20,800 bases of DNA, from positions 1-20,800 of the forward strand of contig JBGAQA010000109.1 in assembly GCA_044220955.1 (NCBI GenBank). The letters run 5' to 3'. Each line of letters starts with the position of its first letter. Position 1 is the first letter of the stretch. Source of the stretch: Sandaracinaceae bacterium. Lineage in GTDB: Bacteria > Myxococcota_A > Polyangia > Polyangiales > Sandaracinaceae. The position numbers were made by a program, and so were the translations under genes. The notes beneath the pieces are model-generated. The model saw nothing but the letters and a program-made list of their open reading frames with translations. It did not search any database and was not told the origin of the DNA. Positions 1 through 7,961 of this stretch are shown here, piece after piece.

Positions 1-213
1 AGTTTGTCGCCCACCCGCGCGTTCTTGAACGAGGTAGAGCTTGCGCTCGACGAGCTCGACGAAGGCGTGATCGAGCTCCTCACCGACGTCCTCCTCGAGG
101 CGTGGCGGCGCGAGGCGCGCGTGTTCGTGATGGGCAACGGCGGGAGCGCGGCCGAGGCGCAGCATCTGTCCGCCGAACTGCTGGTGCGTCTGCGCCGCGA
201 TCGCCGTGCGCTG
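1..213 (+). pseudogene. gmhA: 5' fragment of phosphoheptose isomerase (SIS domain, GmhA-like), truncated
   Basis: Frame 1 reads ...LLEAWRREARVFVMGNGGSAAEAQHLSAELLVRLRRDRRAL, the GmhA/DiaA GNGGSAADAQHxAAE motif. After ~213 the frame becomes Arg/Pro/Ala-rich noise and lacks the expected ALTTD...AIAND continuation. The start may lie off-window. Confidence 0.7.
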
Positions 214-835
214 GTCGCTGCGACGAGAACGCGCTGCCCTGCCCGCGCCTCGGCGGGCCGACGGGGCGCCGGGCGTCGCCCTCGGAGCCCGGCGCTCTCT
301 GGTCGCCCAGCGCCACGCGGTCAGCGGAACGGTGCGCGACGCGACCTCGGGCGAGCCGGTCGCAGACGCGGTCGTCCGCGCCGGCACCGCCGAGGTCCGG
401 ACGGACGCGCAGGGGAGGTTCGAGCTCGGCCCGGCGCGAGACGCCACGTCGCTCGAGGTCGCGCACCCCGAGTACCTCGGGGTCGAGACGCCGCTGGTCC
501 TGCCACACCGCGGGGAGCACGACGCGATGCAGTTTCGCATGGCGAGCCGGCGTGCCGTCTCCTTCGCGGCCCTGCGACAGGTCGCCGTCGGCCTCGCGCC
601 GGACGGCGAGATCGCCCTGGCCCTCACCCAACGGGAGATCTTCGAGCTCCTGCGCGCCAGGGGCGCGAGCCCGCCAGCGCTCCCCGACCTGGTCGCGCGC
701 GTCGAGCTGGCCTGCTACGCGCCTGCCCCACCCGAGGACGCCGCGATCCTCGAGATCCGCCGCGTCGCGGGCGCGATCCTCGCGCGTCCGGCCGCCCCGC
801 GCCCCGCACAGCCAGCGCCCCACGGCCGCCGTTGA
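206..835 (+). CDS. Carboxypeptidase-regulatory-like (prealbumin-fold) domain protein with a helical C-terminal domain; probably missing its N-terminus
   Basis: VSGTVRDATSGEPVADAVV...RTDAQGRFEL...LEVAHPEY is the typical CarboxypepD_reg pattern. The GTG start has no RBS, and the frame is closed upstream by TGA at 128-130. Confidence 0.7.
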   Translation: MRWSLRRERAALPAPRRADGAPGVALGARRSLVAQRHAVSGTVRDATSGEPVADAVVRAGTAEVRTDAQGRFELGPARDATSLEVAHPEYLGVETPLVLPHRGEHDAMQFRMASRRAVSFAALRQVAVGLAPDGEIALALTQREIFELLRARGASPPALPDLVARVELACYAPAPPEDAAILEIRRVAGAILARPAAPRPAQPAPHGRR

Positions 836-861
836 CTCGTTTTGGGCCGCGTCTCTATAGT
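832..861 (+). promoter_or_regulatory. Sigma70-type promoter for ftsY
   Basis: TTGACT (832-837), 18-nt spacer, TATAGT (856-861). GGAGAG RBS precedes ATG 909. Confidence 0.7.
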
Positions 862-908
862 GCGGCGGCCCGCGCGGGTGGCACGCGCATCGCGCCGCAA
901 CGGAGAGA

Positions 909-2273
909 ATGGTCACCATCGTCATCGCCGTGGTCGTGCTGGTCGTCATCGGCGCGATCGCGTACTTCGTCACCCGGCAACCGGAGAAGCTGCCGCCGTC
1001 CGTCGAGCCCCTCAAGGACCGGCCGCCCACCAAGGCCGAGCCGGCGAGAGAAGCGCCGCACGAGAAGCACGAGAAGCACGAGAAGAAGGACAAGAGGGAC
1101 AAGGACGAGCCGCGCAAGAGCGAGGCGCCGCGCGAGAAGAAGGACAAGAAGGACGAGCCACGCAAGAGCGAGGCTCCGAAGGCAGAGCCGGCGACGGCAC
1201 CGTCGAAGGCAGAGCCCGCGAAGGTCGAGCCCGCGAAGGTCGAGCCCGCGAAGGCCGAGCCGCAGCAGGAAGCGCCCGTCAAGGCCGAGCCGCCGCGCTC
1301 CGTCCCGCCGCGCTCCGTCCCGCCGCTGGACGCGCAGAAGGAAACGGTCGCGGCCCTGAAGAAGGGCCTCGCGGAGACGCGGGGCGGCTTCATCGCTCGA
1401 CTGGCTCAGCTCTTCGGGCGCAAGAAGGAGATCGATCCGGCGCTGCTCGACGAGATCCAGGCCGTCCTGATCACGGCCGACCTCGGCCCGCACGCGACGG
1501 AGAAGATGCTCGCCCGCCTCCGCGATCGGCTCGACCGCCGGGAGCTCGCGAGCGAGGACGCAGTCTGGAAGGCGCTCGCCGACGACGGGCGCGCGATCCT
1601 CGGGGTCAAGGCCGGTCCCGTCACGCTGGCCAGCAGCGGGCCCACGCTGATCCTCGTCGTCGGCGTCAACGGCGTCGGCAAGACGACGACGATCGGCAAG
1701 CTCGCGAGCCGATTCCGCGACGACGGGAAGAAGGTCGTCCTCGCCGCGGGCGACACGTTCCGGGCCGCCGCCGTGGTCCAGCTCGAGGTCTGGGGAAAGC
1801 GCGTAGGCTGCCCCGTCGTGAAGGGGAAGGAGCGGGCCGACCCGGGCTCGGTCATCTTCGACGCGATCAAGACCGCCAAGGACAGCGGGGCGGACGTGGT
1901 GTTGGCGGACACGGCCGGGCGCCTGCACACGAAGTCGAACCTGATGGAGGAGCTGAAGAAGGTCGTCCGGACCGCCGAGAAGGCCCTCGAGCGCCCCGTC
2001 GATCACATCCTTCTGGTCCTCGACGCGACCACCGGGCAGAACGCGATCCAGCAGGCGCAGATCTTCAAGGAGGCCATCCCCGTGAGCGGGATCGTGCTCA
2101 CCAAGCTCGACGGCACCGCCAAGGGCGGCGTCGTGCTCGGGATCGTCGACGAGCACGGCGTCCCGGTCCGCTACGTCGGCATCGGCGAGCGTGTCGAGGA
2201 TCTCCGGGAGTTCGACCCGGACGGCTTCGTCGCGGCGTTGTTCGAGAAGCCGGAAGAGGCGGCCCCGTCGTGA
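909..2273 (+). CDS. ftsY: Signal recognition particle receptor FtsY with an N-terminal TM helix and a charged low-complexity linker
   Basis: SRP-GTPase motifs GVNGVGKTTTIGKLA, DTFRAAA, DTAGRLHT, DATTGQN, TKLDGTAKGG, GIGERVEDL. Confidence 0.97.
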   Translation: MVTIVIAVVVLVVIGAIAYFVTRQPEKLPPSVEPLKDRPPTKAEPAREAPHEKHEKHEKKDKRDKDEPRKSEAPREKKDKKDEPRKSEAPKAEPATAPSKAEPAKVEPAKVEPAKAEPQQEAPVKAEPPRSVPPRSVPPLDAQKETVAALKKGLAETRGGFIARLAQLFGRKKEIDPALLDEIQAVLITADLGPHATEKMLARLRDRLDRRELASEDAVWKALADDGRAILGVKAGPVTLASSGPTLILVVGVNGVGKTTTIGKLASRFRDDGKKVVLAAGDTFRAAAVVQLEVWGKRVGCPVVKGKERADPGSVIFDAIKTAKDSGADVVLADTAGRLHTKSNLMEELKKVVRTAEKALERPVDHILLVLDATTGQNAIQQAQIFKEAIPVSGIVLTKLDGTAKGGVVLGIVDEHGVPVRYVGIGERVEDLREFDPDGFVAALFEKPEEAAPS

Positions 2274-2295
2274 GGCCCGGCGCGCTTTTCTTCCG

Positions 2296-2325
2296 TTGAT
2301 TGCGCGAAACGACGCGTGTTATAGT
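2296..2325 (+). promoter_or_regulatory. Sigma70-type promoter (extended -10) for the beta-barrel pair
   Basis: TTGATT (2296-2301), 18-nt spacer, TATAGT (2320-2325) preceded by TGn, in a locally AT-richer intergenic stretch. Confidence 0.6.
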
Positions 2326-2428
2326 CCGCGCGACTTTGGCTCCAAGGGCATTTCCCTTTGCAATATCAGGTACTTACGAACGCTTTCGGGAGCCGGGTTG
2401 GCTCTTGGGTCCGCTGGAAGGGGTCACG

Positions 2429-3355
2429 ATGAAGAAGGCTCGTATCGCGCTCCTCGCTGCGCCCCTGTTGGCGCTCGCCGGCTGGCTGCCCGCCGGCCTC
2501 GCCGCAGCGCAGGACATGGACTTCAGCCTCGATGAGACCGAGAGCAGCACCGAGACGTCCAGCGGAGACACGCCGGAGTCCGTCGCTGCGGACTCGGGCG
2601 ACGTGATCGGGGCGCTCGCGGGCGGTGGCCCCTCGGCGGACACGACGTCGAGCCGCGACACGCCGGAGCACGTCGACGAGGCGCGCGAGGAGATCTACGC
2701 GGTCCAGCAGATCTACGCGCTGCGCTTGAACCGCGTCGAGGTCTCGCCGAGCTACTCGGCGACGCTCAACGATCCCTTCATCAGCCACAACGGCGTCGGC
2801 CTCGGCCTGAACTACTGGTTCACGAACGTCCTCGCCGTCGGCGCGAATTTCATCTGGTACCAGGGGCTCGAGTCGGACTCGGACATCAACTTCCAGGTTC
2901 GCCGCTCCACGCGCCTCGCCGTGCCGGTCAACCAGTACCAGCTCGGCGCGCACCTCGCGTTCACGTACGTGCCCATCTACGGCAAGTTCGCGATGTTCAA
3001 CGAGTTCATCTTCCAGTACGACCTCTACATCCTCGGCGGCGTCGGCATCATGCGCACGCGCCCGCTGCCGGTGGTCGACCCCGAGGTTCGCAGCTTCGAC
3101 TTCGACATCCGCGTCGCCTTCAACGTCGGCGTCGGTCTGCGCGTGTTCATCACCCGCTGGCTCGCGGTGTTCGCCGAGATCCGCGACTACATGTACCTCG
3201 AGCAGCTCGAGAGCCTCGACGTCGCCCTGGGTTCCCAGCGCATCGACCCGTCGACCTGGACCCAGTCGAGCCCGGCCTTCATCAACAACGTCACGACCCA
3301 CCTCGGCCTGACGTTCTTCCTCCCGTTCGATTTCGAGTACCGCCTGCCTCGCTGA
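2429..3355 (+). CDS. Outer-membrane beta-barrel protein, myxobacterial GltA/GltB-like family
   Basis: Signal peptide MKKARIALLAAPLLALA...AAA-QD, acidic linker, then IYAVQQIYALRLNRVEVSPSYSATLNDPF, YVPIYGKFAMF, DLYILGGVG, FNVGVGLRVFITRWLAVFAEIRDY and a terminal LGLTFFLP strand. Start moved to ATG 2429 (GGAAGGGG upstream). Confidence 0.8.
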   Translation: MKKARIALLAAPLLALAGWLPAGLAAAQDMDFSLDETESSTETSSGDTPESVAADSGDVIGALAGGGPSADTTSSRDTPEHVDEAREEIYAVQQIYALRLNRVEVSPSYSATLNDPFISHNGVGLGLNYWFTNVLAVGANFIWYQGLESDSDINFQVRRSTRLAVPVNQYQLGAHLAFTYVPIYGKFAMFNEFIFQYDLYILGGVGIMRTRPLPVVDPEVRSFDFDIRVAFNVGVGLRVFITRWLAVFAEIRDYMYLEQLESLDVALGSQRIDPSTWTQSSPAFINNVTTHLGLTFFLPFDFEYRLPR

Positions 3356-3368
3356 CGGAGACACGAAC

Positions 3369-4304
3369 ATGAACGGCAAAAAGTATCTCTCCGCGGTGGG
3401 TACCACGATGGCAAGCAGCACGATGCGAACCCTGCTCATGGCTCTCGCGCTGACGATCGGCGCGTCGGCTGGGGCGAGCACCGCCTCGGCGCAGGAAGTC
3501 CAGATCACGGGACCGCTCGCCGGGCAGCCGGCCGTGCGCCACATGCGCGTCTACCGCAGCGGCCGCTTCAACGTGATGCCGAACTTCGCGTACACGCTGC
3601 AGGACGAGTTCGCGCGGAGCCTGTTCATCGGGCTCGAGGCGAACTACCACTTCCTCGACTGGCTCGGGGTGGGCATCTGGGCCGCGTACAACCCGGCCGA
3701 CATCAGCACCGATCTCACCAGCCAGATCACCACGACGGGTCAGACGACCGACCGCAACCGGCTGAGCCTCCCGCGCGCGGAGCTCTTCGGGCAGCAGATC
3801 GGGCACATCCGCTGGGGTGCCTCGGCGCACCTCATCTTCGTGCCCCTTCGCGGCAAGCTCTCGCTCTTCCAGTCGGTGTTCGTCGACACCGACCTCTACA
3901 TCTTCGCCGGCATCGCGGTCTGGGGCGTGGAGGAGCGCGCCAGCGTCGATGCGGCGGCCGCGGCCGTGTGCGATGCGCCGAACCCGATGACCGGCCGGTC
4001 CTCGGACGAGTGTGCGGCGACGCAGACCGCGCGCGCGAGCCGCGTCGCGCCGGCGCCGATCTTCGGCATCGGCCTGAGCATGTACGCCAACAGCTGGTTC
4101 GGAATCTCGCTGGAGTGGCGCGCGTCCGTGTTCTCGTGGAACCCGTCGGGCACCGACGAGAGCGGCGAGGACCAGCATGGTCAGCCGGGCTCGGGATTCC
4201 CGGACCGCCAGATCGACGGGAGCGACTCGCGCACGACGTTCACGCACATGGTGCAGCTCGGCTTCACCTTCAACCTCCCGCCGGAGCAGACCGTCACCGA
4301 GTGA
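3369..4304 (+). CDS. Second outer-membrane beta-barrel, paralogous to the upstream gene (GltA/GltB/GltH-like)
   Basis: GGAG RBS; signal peptide ending ASA-QE; RFNVMPNFAYTLQDEF, YHFLDWLGVG, FVPLRGKLSLF, DLYIFAG and a terminal LGFTFNLP mirror the motifs of the upstream barrel. Alternative starts at 3408 and 3423. Confidence 0.8.
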   Translation: MNGKKYLSAVGTTMASSTMRTLLMALALTIGASAGASTASAQEVQITGPLAGQPAVRHMRVYRSGRFNVMPNFAYTLQDEFARSLFIGLEANYHFLDWLGVGIWAAYNPADISTDLTSQITTTGQTTDRNRLSLPRAELFGQQIGHIRWGASAHLIFVPLRGKLSLFQSVFVDTDLYIFAGIAVWGVEERASVDAAAAAVCDAPNPMTGRSSDECAATQTARASRVAPAPIFGIGLSMYANSWFGISLEWRASVFSWNPSGTDESGEDQHGQPGSGFPDRQIDGSDSRTTFTHMVQLGFTFNLPPEQTVTE

Positions 4305-4328
4305 CGCGACGCTCGCCACGCTCGCCTC

Positions 4329-4361
4329 GAGGCCCGGCTCCGCCCGGGCCTCTCGCTTTTC
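4329..4361 (+). terminator. Probable intrinsic terminator
   Basis: GAGGCCCGG (4329-4337) pairs with CCGGGCCTC (4344-4352), 6-nt loop, followed by TCGCTTTTC. Confidence 0.65.
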
Positions 4362-4429
4362 GGACGCCGGGATCGGCGGACGCGCGGTCCGATGAGGCGC
4401 GACTCTTCGGCTATCATCATGCCTGCCTC

Positions 4430-5533
4430 ATGCGCCTCGGTCTGATCGCCTGCCTCGTCTCGTGCTCGCTGGGTGCTTGCGCCGACCAGACGGGCATCCT
4501 GGTCCAGATCACGTCGACCGACATCGTCGTGCCCGCGGACGTCGACGGCCTGACCATCCGCGCTTACACGCCGGACGGCCTGATGGTCGATCGGTCGTTC
4601 GCGATCCGCAGCAGCTGGCCGCAGTCGCTCCTCATCCGCCCCGCGCAAGGGGAGGCCCTGGGGGAGGTCCGCGTCGAGGTCACCGGGACGCTGGCGGGGG
4701 CCTTCGCGGTGCGCCGGGTCGTGATGACGGCGTTCATGCCCGGGCAGGTCCGGCGCGTCGACGTGCAGCTGACGCGCGATTGCCTCGGACGGATGTGCGC
4801 GGCCGACGTCGACTGTGTCGCCGGCGCCTGCCAGGGCGCGCCCGGCGACGCCGGGATGCCCGACGCCGGCCACGCAGACGCGGGCAGCGACGCTGCGGCC
4901 GGCGACGACGCCGGCGACGACGCCGGGGCGGACGCGGGGCACGACGCGGGCAACGACGCCGCCGCGCCCTGTGCCGGCGCGAGCTGCGCGGGTCACGTGG
5001 TCATCAGCGAGATGTCGCCCTCGATGTCCAACGAGTTCGTCGAGCTCTACAACCGGAGCGGGAACACGGCGGACGTGGGCGGCTGCGCGCTCGAGTACTT
5101 CAGCGGCGGCGCCTGGCAATCGCGGGGCACGATCGCGCCCGGCACGACGTTGCCCGCGCATGGCTACTACCTGATGGCGAACGCCGGCTACACCGGGACC
5201 GTCGCCCCCGACGCGCCAGCCCTCTGGGCGTCCGGGTTCCTCGACACGAGCGGGGCCGTTCGTGTCTCGTGCAGCGCCGTCGCGCTCGACGTGTTCGGCT
5301 ACGGAGCGAGCGCGCAGCGCGAGGGGAGCCCAGCCCCGGCGGTCGACTGGGCCACGACGCCGGCCGCGAGCTACGAGCGCAAGGCGCGCGCCGACTCGAC
5401 CGCCGCGACGATGGCGGCGGGCGGTCGCGATGCGACGGCGGGCAACGGGCAGGACGCCGACGACAACCTCGCCGACTTCGTCGTCCGTGCGACGCGCGAG
5501 CCACAATCCAGCGCCTCGGCCCGCGAGCCCTGA
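4430..5533 (+). CDS. Lipoprotein with a Cys-rich segment, DAG-repeat linker and C-terminal lamin-tail domain
   Basis: Lipobox LGA-C; DAG repeats; VVISEM...NEFVELYNRSGNTADVGGCALEY...GTTLPAHGYYL and GQDADDNLADF are typical of bacterial lamin-tail domains. The ORF-track extension from 3968 overlaps the barrel gene and is discarded. Confidence 0.8.
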   Translation: MRLGLIACLVSCSLGACADQTGILVQITSTDIVVPADVDGLTIRAYTPDGLMVDRSFAIRSSWPQSLLIRPAQGEALGEVRVEVTGTLAGAFAVRRVVMTAFMPGQVRRVDVQLTRDCLGRMCAADVDCVAGACQGAPGDAGMPDAGHADAGSDAAAGDDAGDDAGADAGHDAGNDAAAPCAGASCAGHVVISEMSPSMSNEFVELYNRSGNTADVGGCALEYFSGGAWQSRGTIAPGTTLPAHGYYLMANAGYTGTVAPDAPALWASGFLDTSGAVRVSCSAVALDVFGYGASAQREGSPAPAVDWATTPAASYERKARADSTAATMAAGGRDATAGNGQDADDNLADFVVRATREPQSSASAREP

Positions 5534-5591
5534 CGTAACGTCGGCGTCACGCGCGGCAGCGCCGGGTCCGTGCTATGGTGATGCTGTTCCC

Positions 5592-6200
5592 ATGACCACC
5601 GTGACCGAAGCAGCAAAACGGTTGGGCGTGGACCTGCATCCGCTGGATCAGGCCGATCTCGACATGTTGCGCGCGGATCCCGTCCTCGCGCAGCAATTCG
5701 CGCGGCGCCTCGCCCTCGCGGCCAAAGAGCTCGCCCCGATGGCCAACTGGTCCATCGAGGATCTGCGCGACGTGCTCGAGGTCGCCGTGCAGGGGACGGC
5801 GCTCGAGGGTGTGCGTGTCGTCGAGGGACGCTACCTCCGCAAGCGCGTGCGCGAGCAGTGCGCGTTCACCGAGCGGTATGGCGAGCCCTTCGCGCTCGTC
5901 GTCGTGCAGCTGGTGCCGGAGCCCTTCGAGGGGCTCTACGCCAAGGTCGTCGAGTCGGTCGTGGAGAAGCTGCGGCGCACCGACATGATCGCCATCTACC
6001 GCCGGCGCTTCGCGCTGCTCCTGCCTCGCATGGAGGCCGCCGCGCTCGGGAGCCTGCTCGATCGCATCGCGGCGCGTGTCGATCAGATCGCCGGCAAGAA
6101 GGTCGTCGAGGGCGTCGACGGGCAGATCTACCCCGACCCCGCCTTCCCCGACACGCAGTCGGTCCTCGACTGGCTCGAGGACCACCTCCGCCTGGACTGA
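5592..6200 (+). CDS. Degenerate GGDEF-like domain protein
   Basis: YLRKRVREQCAFTERYGEPFALVVVQL...LRRTDMIAIYRRRFALLLP...LLDRI follows the GGDEF fold pattern, but the GG(D/E)EF motif is absent. Start at MTTVTE. Confidence 0.65.
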   Translation: MTTVTEAAKRLGVDLHPLDQADLDMLRADPVLAQQFARRLALAAKELAPMANWSIEDLRDVLEVAVQGTALEGVRVVEGRYLRKRVREQCAFTERYGEPFALVVVQLVPEPFEGLYAKVVESVVEKLRRTDMIAIYRRRFALLLPRMEAAALGSLLDRIAARVDQIAGKKVVEGVDGQIYPDPAFPDTQSVLDWLEDHLRLD

Positions 6201-6318
6201 TCCTCGGGGCGCTGGGCGAGCCCCTCGCGGCATGGGCGGAGCCGGATGCATCCGACCCCACTCCGCTCGCTACGATCGCGCCAGCGCGGACCGTGCCCGA
6301 GACGAGCATCCCACGGCG

Positions 6319-7311
6319 TCAGCCGATCGAGGCGAGCACGGCGCCGATCGCGATCTCGCGGTTCGCGTTCTGATCGAGCTGCTCGTCGAGCTCGCGGAGC
6401 AGGCTCGACGCGCGCGCAGCCCGGGCGGCCCCGAGCGTCCCGGCGCGCGCGCGGATCTCGGCAGCCCGATGCCGGAAGGCGAGCGCCTCGTCCCCCAGCC
6501 CGAGCGCGGCGGCCGCCACGTCGCGATAGTAGGTGGCGAGCGCGTCGAGCGCGCGCTCCACCGGCTCGAAGCGCGCGAGCTCCTCCGCCGCCGCCACGAT
6601 GGCCCCGCCACGTCCGGAGGCAGCCGCCTCGTCGACGCGCAGGGCGAGCACGAGGAGCGCATCTGCGACGCCGCCCTGCGCCAGCTCGAGCGCGAGATCG
6701 GCGCGGCCGCCGGCGAGGGCGATGGCCGCGCGCCGCTCCGGGGGCGACGACGGGTGCGCGGCGAGGATCCCGGCGATCACGTCGTCGGGCAGACGCGCGA
6801 AGCGTACGCGCTGGCAGCGCGAGCGGATGGTGGCGAGCAGCCGGTCCGGGCGCTCGGCGAGCAGGACGAAGTGCACACCCGGCCGCGGCTCCTCGAGCGT
6901 CTTGAGCAGCGCGTTCGCGGCCTCGGGGTGCGCCTCGGGGAACGAGATGTCGGCCTCGGGGAAGATCAGGAACGAGTGTTTCGCCTCGAAGGGCGCGTAC
7001 TGCGCGATCGGGAGGATCTCGGTGCGGACCACGTCGACCTTGAGGTTGCGATCCCCCTCGTCGCGGGGAGGGAACACGCGCAGGTCCGGGTGCGCGGACT
7101 GGGCGATGCGGCGATCGACCTCGGCCGGGGCGGCGGCGCCCGACAGGAGCAGCGTGCGCGCGAGGGCGCGCGCGGTGAGCGCCTTGCCCACACCGCTCGG
7201 TCCCTCGAAGAGATATGCGCTGGCGAGCTTCCCGCGGGCGAGCGCCGCGCGCAGGATGCCCACCGCGTGATCCTGCGCCTTCACCTCGGCGAGCGGGTCT
7301 GCGGTCGACAT
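6319..7311 (-). CDS. holB: DNA polymerase III delta' (clamp loader) subunit
   Basis: AYLFEGPSGVGK, HPDL, AANALLKTLEEP, LLATIRSRCQRVRF. Confidence 0.9.
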   Translation of the reverse strand: MSTADPLAEVKAQDHAVGILRAALARGKLASAYLFEGPSGVGKALTARALARTLLLSGAAAPAEVDRRIAQSAHPDLRVFPPRDEGDRNLKVDVVRTEILPIAQYAPFEAKHSFLIFPEADISFPEAHPEAANALLKTLEEPRPGVHFVLLAERPDRLLATIRSRCQRVRFARLPDDVIAGILAAHPSSPPERRAAIALAGGRADLALELAQGGVADALLVLALRVDEAAASGRGGAIVAAAEELARFEPVERALDALATYYRDVAAAALGLGDEALAFRHRAAEIRARAGTLGAARAARASSLLRELDEQLDQNANREIAIGAVLASIG

Positions 7312-7318
7312 CGGCCCC

Positions 7319-7945
7319 TCAGCGCGGCGCGCCGGTTCCCGCAGGCGGGATGGGCTCGAAGAGCGCGCCCGCGATCGCCTCGACCCCCTTGAGCAGCTCG
7401 GCGGTGTCGATCGCCTGCTCGTCCACGAAGTGCTGCATGACGAGCCCGTCGAGCAGGCCGACGAGCAGGCGCGGGATCAGCTCCGGTGCGATGCGCGTCC
7501 GCAACCCGAGCGCGGCGAGGAGCGGGACGAGCGTCGTGTTCACCTGCGCCGCAGCGAAGCGGTAGTAGGCGGCGATCTGCGGGCGAAGCGCCGGGTCGTA
7601 GAGGCTCTGGGCGAGCAGATCGGCGACGACCGCCACCTCGTCGGTCCGATTGCGGCGCAGGATCCAGAGCTCCTCGACGGCCGAGCGCAGGCCCTGCATC
7701 GGATCGCCGGGCGTCTTTGCCCACGCCTCGAGCGTGCGTGTCGCGAACTTCTCGAGCGCGCTCTCGAGCACCTTGGAGACGAGCGCCTCCTTCGTCGAGA
7801 AGTGATAGTGGAGCGCGCCCTTGCTCATCCCGGCTTCGCGCGCGATGTCGAGCAGGCTCGTCCGGGCGTAGCCCTTCGCCGCGAGCACCCGCGTGGCGGC
7901 GGCCACGATCTGTGCAGCGCTGCGCTCGGACTTGGGATACGGCAT
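7319..7945 (-). CDS. TetR/AcrR-family transcriptional regulator
   Basis: IVAAATRVLAAKGYARTSLLDIAREAGMSKGALHYHFSTKEAL helix-turn-helix. Confidence 0.95.
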   Translation of the reverse strand: MPYPKSERSAAQIVAAATRVLAAKGYARTSLLDIAREAGMSKGALHYHFSTKEALVSKVLESALEKFATRTLEAWAKTPGDPMQGLRSAVEELWILRRNRTDEVAVVADLLAQSLYDPALRPQIAAYYRFAAAQVNTTLVPLLAALGLRTRIAPELIPRLLVGLLDGLVMQHFVDEQAIDTAELLKGVEAIAGALFEPIPPAGTGAPR

Positions 7946-7961
7946 CGCGCGGCCCGGCGGG

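Noticed and set aside
4..1359. 451-aa ORF as a full-length GmhA fusion
   Set aside because: Only the first ~70 aa look like protein; the rest is off-frame read-through over the next gene and ftsY.
2300..2428. Longer start for the first beta-barrel; similarly 3968, 5262 and 17084 starts for other genes
   Set aside because: These extensions overlap promoters or neighbouring genes, while signal peptides, RBSs or nearby -10 hexamers support the downstream ATGs.
4843..4960. GACGCCGGC-type repeats as a DNA repeat element
   Set aside because: They encode the DAG low-complexity linker common in myxobacterial lipoproteins and vary at synonymous positions.
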